Shown here: positions 55,912-64,000 of the stretch, in pieces
How the letters are laid out: every line of letters starts with the position of its first letter
Position numbering within the stretch: the stretch's first letter is position 1
From: Bacillota bacterium
GTDB lineage: Bacteria; Bacillota; DTU065
Direction of reading: 5' to 3'
DNA: 64,000 nucleotides
Assembly: GCA_028708605.1 (NCBI GenBank)
Contig: JAQVYS010000001.1
Span: 10,928 to 74,927, forward strand
Made by a program: the position numbers and the translations under genes
Notes under the pieces: model-generated
The model's input: only the letters and a program-made list of their open reading frames with translations
Database searches by the model: none
Told to the model about the DNA's origin: nothing

Positions 55912-58168
55912 TTACATTTGCCACCTCCCCATTTTTGCCACTGTCAATCTCTTGAGCCATCACAAGTTCGTAATAATAGCCCTTTCTCTTTATTAATTCA
56001 CTAGGGGAGCCAGCTTCAACAATTTTACCTTCTTCAATAACTATTAGCTTGTCGGCATTTCGCAAGGTACTAAGTCTATGCGCAATTGCAATTGTTGTTC
56101 TGTTAACTACAAGCCTATCAATTGCTTGTTGAATCTTTTGTTCTGTCTCTGTATCGACAGATGATGTTGCCTCATCTAGAATCAAGATCCGTGGGTCATG
56201 TAAAATCGCGCGAGCTATAGCGATTCTTTGTCTTTCTCCTCCAGAAAGCCTTGTTCCCCTTTCGCCTACAAAAGTATCGTAGCCGTTTGGAAAAGTTGTT
56301 ATATAATCGTGGGCATTAGCAATCTTTGCTGCTCTAATAATCTCTTCCATAGTCGCATCTGTTTTAGCATAGGCTATATTATCTGCAATTGTACCGTTAA
56401 AAAGGAACGTATCCTGCAAGACCATACCAACCTGTCCACGAATGTCTTGCTGTGCGATTTCTTTGATGTTGTTCCCATCTATGGTAATTTCACCTTCATT
56501 GGGATCATAGAAACGACAGACTAAGTTAATTATAGTAGACTTACCTGCACCGGAGTGTCCCACTACTCCGAGCATCTCCCCTTCTTCTATCTTAAAACTG
56601 ATATTTTGCAAAACCGGTTCATGCTCATCATAACCAAAGGTCACGTTATTAAATTCCACTTCACCTTTGATGTGAGGCATCCGAATGGGATTTGGAAGGT
56701 CAACTACATCAGGCTGAGCATCTAAAATTTCAAAGACTCGTTCTGCACTAGTTAAGGATCTAGTTAACCAATCTGTAATCCTACTTAAAAACTGCAGTGG
56801 TCCGTAAAAACGCCAGATATAATTCATGAAGGTTACTAACTGTCCAACTGTTGCAACTCCTAACAAAACGTCACGGCCACCGATTAGATATACAAACAAA
56901 CTACCAAGAGTTAGCACAAAAGAAAGCCACGGATATAACGTTGCCCAGGTCTGTTCTGCTTGTACAGAAGCTTGATATAGGTCTCTGCTTCTGTTATCAA
57001 ATCTCTCTATCTCTTTATCTTCTTGAGCGAAAGCTTTAATAACCCTCACTCCAGATAAAGAATCGTTTAAAACAGCTGTCATTTTGGAGTTACGATGCCA
57101 AAAGCTAGAAAAGAGTTTCCAGATATACTTCCAAAACTTATAAGATAGTAAAACCGCAATAGGCGCGGGAATAATCACTAAAAATGCTAGTTTTGCGTTT
57201 ATGCTAAACAATATAGCCCCTATTCCAATAAGGAGTAACACCTGAACTAAGAAATATTGCAAACCTTCAATAAGAAAGTTGTTGAGTCTGTTGACGTCAT
57301 GAACTAGCCTTGACATGATTGAACCCGTTTGCCTTTTGTCGTAATAACTCAAGGAAAGCCTTTGCAACGCTTCGTAGGATTTTTTGCGAAGCTCATAGAC
57401 TAGGCTAGCTGAAAGCCATGCAGCCATACGCCCTCTAACTACAGCGATTAAAGTCGACAAAAACTGAGCTGCAAATAAGCCAATCACAACCCAAATTAGC
57501 ATCTGCCAAGCGTTGAGTGGTCTTTCCCCAAGTACTTTGTCGATTAAAATCACACCACTTAAATAAGGTGGTACAAGATCCAAAGCCGTTCCTAAAAGCA
57601 TCATCACAGTTAGCAAAATCAGCTTACCTTTAAACGGCCAAGCATAAGCCAAAAGACGTTTTAAAATTGCCCCTTTGTCGATACAAGCTGGACAGGACTC
57701 TGACCATTCTGGGATAATTCTGCCACACTTTTGGCAATAACTCTTACTAGTATCTTCAATGTGATGGAATGCAAAGTCTGATCTCTCATTTTCATCTAGT
57801 TTTATCAGCTTATTTAAAGCCCTTGCTACATAGTTAAAGTCTCTAGAGTAAGAGTTACTGTATTGTAACAATAAGACCATGTCATTTTTAGTTGTAGCCT
57901 GCAAAACACCGCAACCAACCAAATTTTGATGAGATATATCTAGGACCTCATCCATTGATACTGAAATCCTTAAGCTATACTCCTCTGGGCCTTTTTGCTT
58001 GTAGACCTCAATAAAGTTGGTTGTAGCAATAAGCCATAGGTCACCGTATAAGCCCTTTTCGTCGATGTCTGAATATTGAGTAAGAATAACCTTGCCTTTC
58101 TCTGCTTCTAGATTTTCTTTAAAAGCTTCTGAAAGACTACGTGCCGTAAGCACCCATACTACCTCCAA
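55895..58168 (-). CDS. Fused ABC exporter (transmembrane domain plus nucleotide-binding domain, type I exporter fold) with an unusual N-terminal cytoplasmic domain of about 170 aa that ends in a CxxC...CxxC zinc ribbon.
   Basis: 757 aa. The N-domain ends YCQKCGRIIPEWSESCPACIDKG. Six TM helices follow. Walker A GHSGAGKST, signature LSGGERQR and Walker B ILILDEATS. Confidence 0.8.
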   Translation of the reverse strand: MEVVWVLTARSLSEAFKENLEAEKGKVILTQYSDIDEKGLYGDLWLIATTNFIEVYKQKGPEEYSLRISVSMDEVLDISHQNLVGCGVLQATTKNDMVLLLQYSNSYSRDFNYVARALNKLIKLDENERSDFAFHHIEDTSKSYCQKCGRIIPEWSESCPACIDKGAILKRLLAYAWPFKGKLILLTVMMLLGTALDLVPPYLSGVILIDKVLGERPLNAWQMLIWVVIGLFAAQFLSTLIAVVRGRMAAWLSASLVYELRKKSYEALQRLSLSYYDKRQTGSIMSRLVHDVNRLNNFLIEGLQYFLVQVLLLIGIGAILFSINAKLAFLVIIPAPIAVLLSYKFWKYIWKLFSSFWHRNSKMTAVLNDSLSGVRVIKAFAQEDKEIERFDNRSRDLYQASVQAEQTWATLYPWLSFVLTLGSLFVYLIGGRDVLLGVATVGQLVTFMNYIWRFYGPLQFLSRITDWLTRSLTSAERVFEILDAQPDVVDLPNPIRMPHIKGEVEFNNVTFGYDEHEPVLQNISFKIEEGEMLGVVGHSGAGKSTIINLVCRFYDPNEGEITIDGNNIKEIAQQDIRGQVGMVLQDTFLFNGTIADNIAYAKTDATMEEIIRAAKIANAHDYITTFPNGYDTFVGERGTRLSGGERQRIAIARAILHDPRILILDEATSSVDTETEQKIQQAIDRLVVNRTTIAIAHRLSTLRNADKLIVIEEGKIVEAGSPSELIKRKGYYYELVMAQEIDSGKNGEVANVNEQLA

Positions 58169-58359
58169 TTAAGATTTTGCTGCTTCTACCTAAATAAAAT
58201 GTGAGTATCAAGGCGGAGGCTCTGTGCTGTCTGTTTCCATTTTACTTCCTCCTCAGCTTTCTTATAGGTATTGAAAGTTTAGATTAATACTCCTTAAATC
58301 CTGCCAATTATCTCAAATAATTTAAAGTTCTTCCAAACAAAGGACTAATGTCACCTTTA

Positions 58360-60678
58360 TTAGTCTAAATATCCATAAGTCTGGACAAACTCTCTTATTG
58401 CCATAAAGATGGCTTCAGCATTTTTAGTAGAAAAATCACCAGATTTTTGCCAAGCCTCGATACCATAATTGCTGACAAAATCCCCTTCTGTTAAAATCGC
58501 TGGCATTGTCCATTGACGAATAACAGCAAAAGAGCGATGAGCATAAAAGCGATACTCTGATCCTTGGTGCTCATGCATATATTTAACTGAAAGCCTTGAT
58601 AGTTCTTGGCTAAAAGGCGTGTAATAATATGCTTCAGTTCCGTGAGCTGATCTATTTGATGCAGCGTTATTATGAATACTCACAAAAAGATCAGTTTGGT
58701 ATCTCTCGGCAAAGTCTACTCGATCATAAAGGCCTAGAGCATAGTTGTAGTTTTGATCTCTTGTTAGAAAAACCTTACAGCCTGCATCTTCTAAGAGCGA
58801 TTTAAGCTCCATGGCTATTTCTAGATTAAGATCCCTTTCCTTTAGCCCTGTAGGACCAACAGCACCAGAGTCAGGACCATGACCTGGATCTATGGTTACT
58901 TTCTTGTCATCTAAAAAAGGTGAAAATTCGCTTTTAAGCTTTAAACTCAAGACATTTCCGCTAAAGTCAGCATCATAACCATAGATAGTGTTCCCTTTTA
59001 GATCAATACGATATTGCAAAATATCATCAGTGACCTGCATCGGAGTGATCAATTTAACATATTCTGCATCCTTCCTCCAAGCAATGTTATAGACACCACT
59101 AGTTGTATTGTAAAAGGTCACAAGGAGAGCTGGTTCACTAACAAGCGGAGTAATGGTGTAGAAAACAGGCTCTGAAAGGGAAAAACTGACATTGGTATAA
59201 GTCTCTCCGCTTTTTGTAACTGAGACGCTATTGATCACTGCTTTAGAAGGAGCTATTCCATCTCCTAAAAAGCGTAGGTTGTCTCTATGAGTCCATGCTG
59301 AAAAGGTCTTGGCAGGAGTTATCTTATAATAGTCTCCCACTCTTCCTGTAATCTCTACCTTAGCATTACTTTTTATGGTACAAACCCTGTCATAATTTGA
59401 AGATGGACCACCATAAATTGCAGCCGGCATACCTGGTGTATATAGCTCTGCGACTAAAGGTCTTGCTAAATCATATACTGTTACGTTTGCAACTTTTCTT
59501 GTAATGGCGTTGCCAGCTCTATCTGTTAGAGAAACTTCGATTGACACAGCATCTTTGGCATCTTCTCTTTGAAAACGGTACACCCCACTGTAGTTATATG
59601 ACCTAACCTCTGTCATAGGAAATGGTCCTTTCCCATCTATGGTAAAGCTTGCCTCACATCTAGCTTCTGAGCCTGTCACAGACAAACTTAAAATGTCTCC
59701 TGGTGAATATGCTAAAATACCTGAAGGTTGAAATTCTCTAATCTGAGGAGTGATTGTATCTTTTTCAATACGAATTAGCTCTTGATACCAATTGCCTGCT
59801 AGATCGACGACGCCTAAGTAGAAAGAGTTTCGTCCTTCTTTAAGAGGCAAAGTTAACCTAAAATTGCCGTCTTTATCTGCTAAAGCTTCTAATCCAAGAT
59901 CTTCGACCTCAACAGTGGCATACGGTTTTGTTTTAGCTCTCAAGATTATAAAGTCTTCCGTTGATATATATCCTGTTGTTGGAAATTCAATTTCTAAATA
60001 GGGTTCTATGGTATCTAACGTAACTTGAATGACCTCTAAAGCCATATTTGGCAGATTTTCATCTAAAGCTGCTACATAAATAAAGTTTTCTCCCTCTAAA
60101 AGACTAACCTCTACTTCAAATGAGCCGTCATCTCGTAAAGGATACAATACTCCGTTTACAAACACACGACTCCTTGGCTTGGTATGCCCGGAGACAGTAA
60201 TTCTTTCCTGATTTACAAAAATGCCGTTTTGTGGCTGGCTAACTACTAGTTTAGGTGGGCTAGTATCTCTAATTATTGATCTTTCAAGCATTATCGACTC
60301 ATTACTAATCTTGTTTTGCGCCCTTATCTGTATCTTGTTTAAGCCCTCAACTAGTTTAACAGTCGCTTTAAATGTGCCATCTGTAAAAACCTCAGCTTCC
60401 ATTCCTTGAACCCAAACCTTACTTAATTGATCTGTTTTCCCTTCGACTTGAACTATCTCTTGATTTGTTTTGGGAATGTAGTCTGGTTTAAACTCTAACG
60501 CTGGAAAAGGGGGGTAATAAACTTCCAATTTCGGTGTTTGATTAGAAGCTAGGATTATACCTGTCAAAACTATTGTAAAAAGTAAAATCACCCATAACAG
60601 TTTAGCTTTCATATCCCATCTCCTCCTAAGTGGTAGTTCAAGAAGCAAAAAACATTCCCTTTTTATTCCAAATCGCAA
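58360..60678 (-). CDS. Cell-wall hydrolase: N-acetylmuramoyl-L-alanine amidase (Amidase_3 catalytic domain) with N-terminal tandem Ig-like domains and an SH3-like domain.
   Basis: 772 aa. A signal-anchor is followed by repeated ~90-aa beta-sandwich modules. The C-terminal part reads VTIDPGHGPDSGAVGPTGLKERDLNL...VSIHNNA, the Amidase_3 zinc motifs. Confidence 0.8.
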   Translation of the reverse strand: MRFGIKRECFLLLELPLRRRWDMKAKLLWVILLFTIVLTGIILASNQTPKLEVYYPPFPALEFKPDYIPKTNQEIVQVEGKTDQLSKVWVQGMEAEVFTDGTFKATVKLVEGLNKIQIRAQNKISNESIMLERSIIRDTSPPKLVVSQPQNGIFVNQERITVSGHTKPRSRVFVNGVLYPLRDDGSFEVEVSLLEGENFIYVAALDENLPNMALEVIQVTLDTIEPYLEIEFPTTGYISTEDFIILRAKTKPYATVEVEDLGLEALADKDGNFRLTLPLKEGRNSFYLGVVDLAGNWYQELIRIEKDTITPQIREFQPSGILAYSPGDILSLSVTGSEARCEASFTIDGKGPFPMTEVRSYNYSGVYRFQREDAKDAVSIEVSLTDRAGNAITRKVANVTVYDLARPLVAELYTPGMPAAIYGGPSSNYDRVCTIKSNAKVEITGRVGDYYKITPAKTFSAWTHRDNLRFLGDGIAPSKAVINSVSVTKSGETYTNVSFSLSEPVFYTITPLVSEPALLVTFYNTTSGVYNIAWRKDAEYVKLITPMQVTDDILQYRIDLKGNTIYGYDADFSGNVLSLKLKSEFSPFLDDKKVTIDPGHGPDSGAVGPTGLKERDLNLEIAMELKSLLEDAGCKVFLTRDQNYNYALGLYDRVDFAERYQTDLFVSIHNNAASNRSAHGTEAYYYTPFSQELSRLSVKYMHEHQGSEYRFYAHRSFAVIRQWTMPAILTEGDFVSNYGIEAWQKSGDFSTKNAEAIFMAIREFVQTYGYLD

Positions 60679-60817
60679 AACTTCAGGTTACATATTTACA
60701 AAAAACCACAAAATAAAGGCAAGAGAATCTGTTAATTCTCTTGCCGTAGTAAACTTTATTCAGTTACAATCTGCAAAGACTAAATCTACGCCTCTTCTCT
60801 TAGATCTCCAAACAATT

Positions 60818-61732
60818 TTAGCTAAAAAATGCGTTAACCTCCGCTAAAGTAGGTAGAGAAGGCTGGGCTCCTTTTTTTGTAACTGCACATGCTGCCGCTT
60901 TGCTAGCACAGTCTATGGCATCTTCTATTGATGCCCCTCTAGCTAGAGCTGCGGCAAGACTCCCATTAAAACAATCTCCTGCAGCAGTTGTATCAACAGG
61001 TATGACCTCATATGCCTTAAAAAACTTAGCCCCTTTTTCATCAAGTAGCAAGCTTCCCGAGCTTCCCCTTGTTAGAATCACCTTAGCATTAGTGACCTCT
61101 TGCAACCTTTTTGCAGCAGCTAAAGCCTCGTCATCACTATTTACAGCAAGTCCTGTTAAAGTTGATATTTCTGCAGTGTTTGGCGTAATAATATGGACCA
61201 TTTGTAAAACCTCTGGGCTAAGCTTTGCTGCAGGTGCAGGATCTAGGATCACCTTACACCCTTTTTGCCGTACAAATCTAATCGCTCTTTCAACAGTTTC
61301 TAAAGAGACCTCAAGTTGAAAAAGGACATAGTCGCCCTCAGAAAAAAGATCCTTTGCTCTAGAAACATCATCAAAAGTTAAAGCACCAGAGGCCCCTTTA
61401 GAGACGATGATTGAGTTTTCGCCGCTACTATTTACAGCGATTAAGGCAACCCCACTTGATTTTTGAGTGTCCTGGGAAACGTAATCATTATTTACGTTAT
61501 TTTGTTTAAGATTGTCTTTTAGGAAGCTAGCAAAGTTATCATTTCCGACTTTACCGATCATAAAACTTCTAGCACCTTGTCTTGCAGCAGCAACTGCTTG
61601 ATTTGCTCCTTTGCCACCATAAAAGTAACTTAAATCCTCTCCCATTACGGTCTCTCCGCTTTTAGGGATCTCGTTAACTCTACTTACAAGATCTAGATGA
61701 ATACTGCCAATTACAATGACTTTGTTCATCAT
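60818..61732 (-). CDS. rbsK: Ribokinase (PfkB family).
   Basis: 304 aa. N-terminal GG dipeptide region (FYGGKGANQA) and the C-terminal anion hole DTTAAGDCFNGSLAAALA. Confidence 0.85.
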   Translation of the reverse strand: MMNKVIVIGSIHLDLVSRVNEIPKSGETVMGEDLSYFYGGKGANQAVAAARQGARSFMIGKVGNDNFASFLKDNLKQNNVNNDYVSQDTQKSSGVALIAVNSSGENSIIVSKGASGALTFDDVSRAKDLFSEGDYVLFQLEVSLETVERAIRFVRQKGCKVILDPAPAAKLSPEVLQMVHIITPNTAEISTLTGLAVNSDDEALAAAKRLQEVTNAKVILTRGSSGSLLLDEKGAKFFKAYEVIPVDTTAAGDCFNGSLAAALARGASIEDAIDCASKAAACAVTKKGAQPSLPTLAEVNAFFS

Positions 61733-61771
61733 GCCACTTCCCTTAAATAAAGTAGAATAGAGGTTATACCT

Positions 61772-63031
61772 CTATTCTACTACTCTTTGAATATTTGCTC
61801 CAAGTGTAGCAAGTTTCTCTTCTAATTGTTCATAACCTCTATCAAGGTGATATACACCATCAATTATGGTTTTACCCTCAGCTGCAAGTCCTGCTATTAC
61901 TAAAGCAGCCCCTCCACGAATATCTTTAACCTCAACAGGCGCTCCTGTCAATCTCTCAACTCCACGAATAATCGCGGTGTCGCCCTCAACTTTGATTTCT
62001 GCACCCATTCTTGCAAGCTCATCAACATAAGCGAACCTATCGAATATAGTTTCCTTAACTATACTTACGCCTACAGCCTTAGTCATATAGGAGGCAAACA
62101 TCGACTGATAATCTGTTGCAAATCCCGGATAGGGAGTTGTCTCAATATCAGTAGCAGTAGGTCTCTTTCCTACTGGAGCATTTACAACCAAAATTCCACC
62201 GTGATCCTTTACTTCTACACCTGTTTCTCTAAGCTTTGAAAGCAATGAATTCAAGTGCTCAGGCACGACATCGTTTAGCACAACCTCGCCACCAGCCATT
62301 GCAGTTGCTAGTAAAAATGTGCCCGCTTCTAATCTATCAGGGATTATCTCATGTCTAGATGTTTTTAATTTATCAACGCCTTCAATAGTTATAATATTGG
62401 TACCTGCGCCTCTAATCTTTGCACCCATAGCATTAAGCTGCAAAGCAAGGTTAACAATCTCTGGTTCTCTAGCTGCATTTTCCAAGGTTGTTGTACCATG
62501 GGCTTTAGTTGCCACAAGCATTAAATTAACTGTAGCACCTACACTAGAGCGGCCAACATAAATAGTCGTACCAACAAGATTATTTGCTTTAGCTTTTACA
62601 TAACCATGTTCAACAGTGACTTCTGCTCCTAAAGCTTCAAAACCCTTTAAATGAAAATTAACAGGCCTACTTGAAAATGGATCTCCACCAGGCAGTGGAA
62701 CTTCGCAATACCCAAGCTTTGCTAAAAGCAAGCCTGCAACATAGAAAGATCCTCTTAGTTTACGAACCAGTTCGTAAGGAGCAACAGACTTATCTAAAGT
62801 ACTACCATCTATAACAAGAGAATCTGGACCTGCCCATTCGGCCTGGGCACCGAGATCCTTTAATATATCAATGATATCAAATATATCTGTATAACGCGGC
62901 ACATTATCAATGCGACAAGGTTCATCTCCTAAAGCGGCACCTACCAAAACTGCAAGCGATGCATTTTTAGAGCCATTAATGCTCACTTCCCCGTATAAGG
63001 GATAACCGCCCTGAACGATGATTTTATCCAT
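61772..63031 (-). CDS. murA: UDP-N-acetylglucosamine 1-carboxyvinyltransferase.
   Basis: MDKIIVQGG...GSKNASL, the active-site Cys loop region and EPSP-synthase-like repeats. The likely start is the ATG at 63031, after AGGGGGAAAA. The ORF track starts at 63052. Confidence 0.9.
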   Translation of the reverse strand: MDKIIVQGGYPLYGEVSINGSKNASLAVLVGAALGDEPCRIDNVPRYTDIFDIIDILKDLGAQAEWAGPDSLVIDGSTLDKSVAPYELVRKLRGSFYVAGLLLAKLGYCEVPLPGGDPFSSRPVNFHLKGFEALGAEVTVEHGYVKAKANNLVGTTIYVGRSSVGATVNLMLVATKAHGTTTLENAAREPEIVNLALQLNAMGAKIRGAGTNIITIEGVDKLKTSRHEIIPDRLEAGTFLLATAMAGGEVVLNDVVPEHLNSLLSKLRETGVEVKDHGGILVVNAPVGKRPTATDIETTPYPGFATDYQSMFASYMTKAVGVSIVKETIFDRFAYVDELARMGAEIKVEGDTAIIRGVERLTGAPVEVKDIRGGAALVIAGLAAEGKTIIDGVYHLDRGYEQLEEKLATLGANIQRVVE

Positions 63032-63084
63032 ACGTTTTCCCCCTAAAATCATGGTGAAATTTATTATTTCAATAAATCAACAAA

Positions 63085-63810
63085 CTAATCTTTAAGCAAG
63101 TTTACTAAGTCTAAAGCCTCATTTACAATAGTTTCTGTACCTTTTATGTTAATTACATAACTACCTTCAAAACCTGCAATACCTCCTGCTGCAACTAATG
63201 TAGCATCTAGGTCAAAAAGTATTTTAAAGGCTTTTATTTCATCAATAATAATACCATTTGCAACAACAACCATACCAACATCTAAGTTTTGCGTGCTAGT
63301 TGCAGGCTCTGAGAGTAATATTGCAGATTCTCTAACAGAGGGAACTCGTTTTTCCAATCCTATAGGTACCATTAATGGTATTTTTTTAACCACCAAAGTC
63401 CCTAAAGCTTGTCCAATAGTGCCTCCGGCCTCTCCACCAACTAAAACTCCTACTAAGCCTAAATCGTCATAGGCATTAGCTCCTTTTATAAAAAGGCTAT
63501 CTTCACCCATTTTAATCAAAGCTTCTTGCCAAGAAATATCGATCGCTTCTCCCTTATTAAGTACAAGGGCTGGCAGACGTTTTATTTTATCAGATAGAGT
63601 TAAAGTATCCTTTACTATTCCAGCAGCATATGCCTCTTTAGAAACCTTTTTCCCAGTAATCTCTTCATATATAAGAGCATTTGTTGTCCCTAAAGATAAA
63701 ACAACAATGCCTTTTTCTATAGCTTTTCTAAAATGTTCACTCTTAAGTACCGCTTTTGCAATCAACCGCTTACCAATTAGAGGAGACAATACCAATTGTG
63801 CATTAATCAT
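63085..63810 (-). CDS. Conserved hypothetical protein.
   Basis: 241 aa. A glycine-rich segment GVLVGGEAGGTIGQALG is present but no family was recognised. The gene is 53 nt upstream of murA on the same strand. Confidence 0.35.
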   Translation of the reverse strand: MINAQLVLSPLIGKRLIAKAVLKSEHFRKAIEKGIVVLSLGTTNALIYEEITGKKVSKEAYAAGIVKDTLTLSDKIKRLPALVLNKGEAIDISWQEALIKMGEDSLFIKGANAYDDLGLVGVLVGGEAGGTIGQALGTLVVKKIPLMVPIGLEKRVPSVRESAILLSEPATSTQNLDVGMVVVANGIIIDEIKAFKILFDLDATLVAAGGIAGFEGSYVINIKGTETIVNEALDLVNLLKD

Positions 63811-64000
63811 GTTAAAAATGCCTCCTTTTACTCGAAATATTCATTAACCCAGTTTATTATACGATTTCTATAAAAATCATTTTCATCCTGCTTAAATGAT
63901 TTTTTATAGTTATTCGGTTTACTATACTTGTGATATAATCTATTATACATATATTCCAACTTAGAAATAAATGATTAATTAAGCCCTTTTTAGAAGATAA

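Noticed and set aside
1-64000. CRISPR arrays, tRNA/rRNA genes, and IS elements or integrases.
   Set aside because: No regularly spaced direct repeats, no tRNA-like T-arm (GGTTCGAATCC-type) sequences in the intergenic regions, and no transposase, integrase or recombinase-like ORFs were seen. Intergenic regions are short and are accounted for by promoters and terminators.

Overview
This 64 kb window reads as a chromosomal segment of a low-GC, probably anaerobic bacterium. The evidence is GGAGG-type ribosome-binding sites, AT-rich intergenic regions and many intrinsic terminators. Gene density is high on both strands, with about 60 CDS and no rRNA, tRNA, CRISPR array or obvious mobile element. 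Recognisable housekeeping and metabolic genes, called by conserved motifs read by eye, include the class III anaerobic ribonucleotide reductase NrdD and its activase NrdG, hypoxanthine phosphoribosyltransferase, a GMP-synthase-like protein, DNA polymerase III alpha, aspartate kinase, adenosine deaminase, MurA, ribokinase, MscL and a Bcp peroxiredoxin. Metal homeostasis genes are FeoAB, FetAB, a ZupT/ZIP transporter, a CDF transporter, a split ChrA pair, a CopZ-like protein and an Nfu-type protein. Cell-envelope and glycan genes include a CapD-type dehydratase, a Wzz/BY-kinase pair, a GH38 alpha-mannosidase, a sugar-binding protein and an amidase. A guanine-type purine riboswitch sits upstream of a purine nucleoside phosphorylase plus BMP-family nucleoside ABC transporter operon. 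The strongest candidates for undescribed biology are listed below. (1) A 571-aa protein built from four tandem RNA polymerase alpha-CTD-like domains, a sigma-70 region-4 domain and a C-terminal HARE-HTH (RNAP delta-like) domain. (2) A three-gene secreted operon of a PapD-like two-Ig-domain protein, a 1059-aa protein with a beta-barrel-like C-terminal half and a 165-aa secreted protein. Its arrangement looks like a chaperone/usher-like assembly module. (3) An ABC exporter with an N-terminal zinc-ribbon cytoplasmic domain, translationally coupled to a DUF1854-like protein. (4) A GuaA whose glutamine amidotransferase domain appears degenerate. (5) A TPR-GNAT-ADP-ribosylglycohydrolase operon. (6) An unannotated 49-aa protein with eight cysteines, downstream of feoB. 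All calls rest on reading the sequence and the ORF translations. No database search was run.
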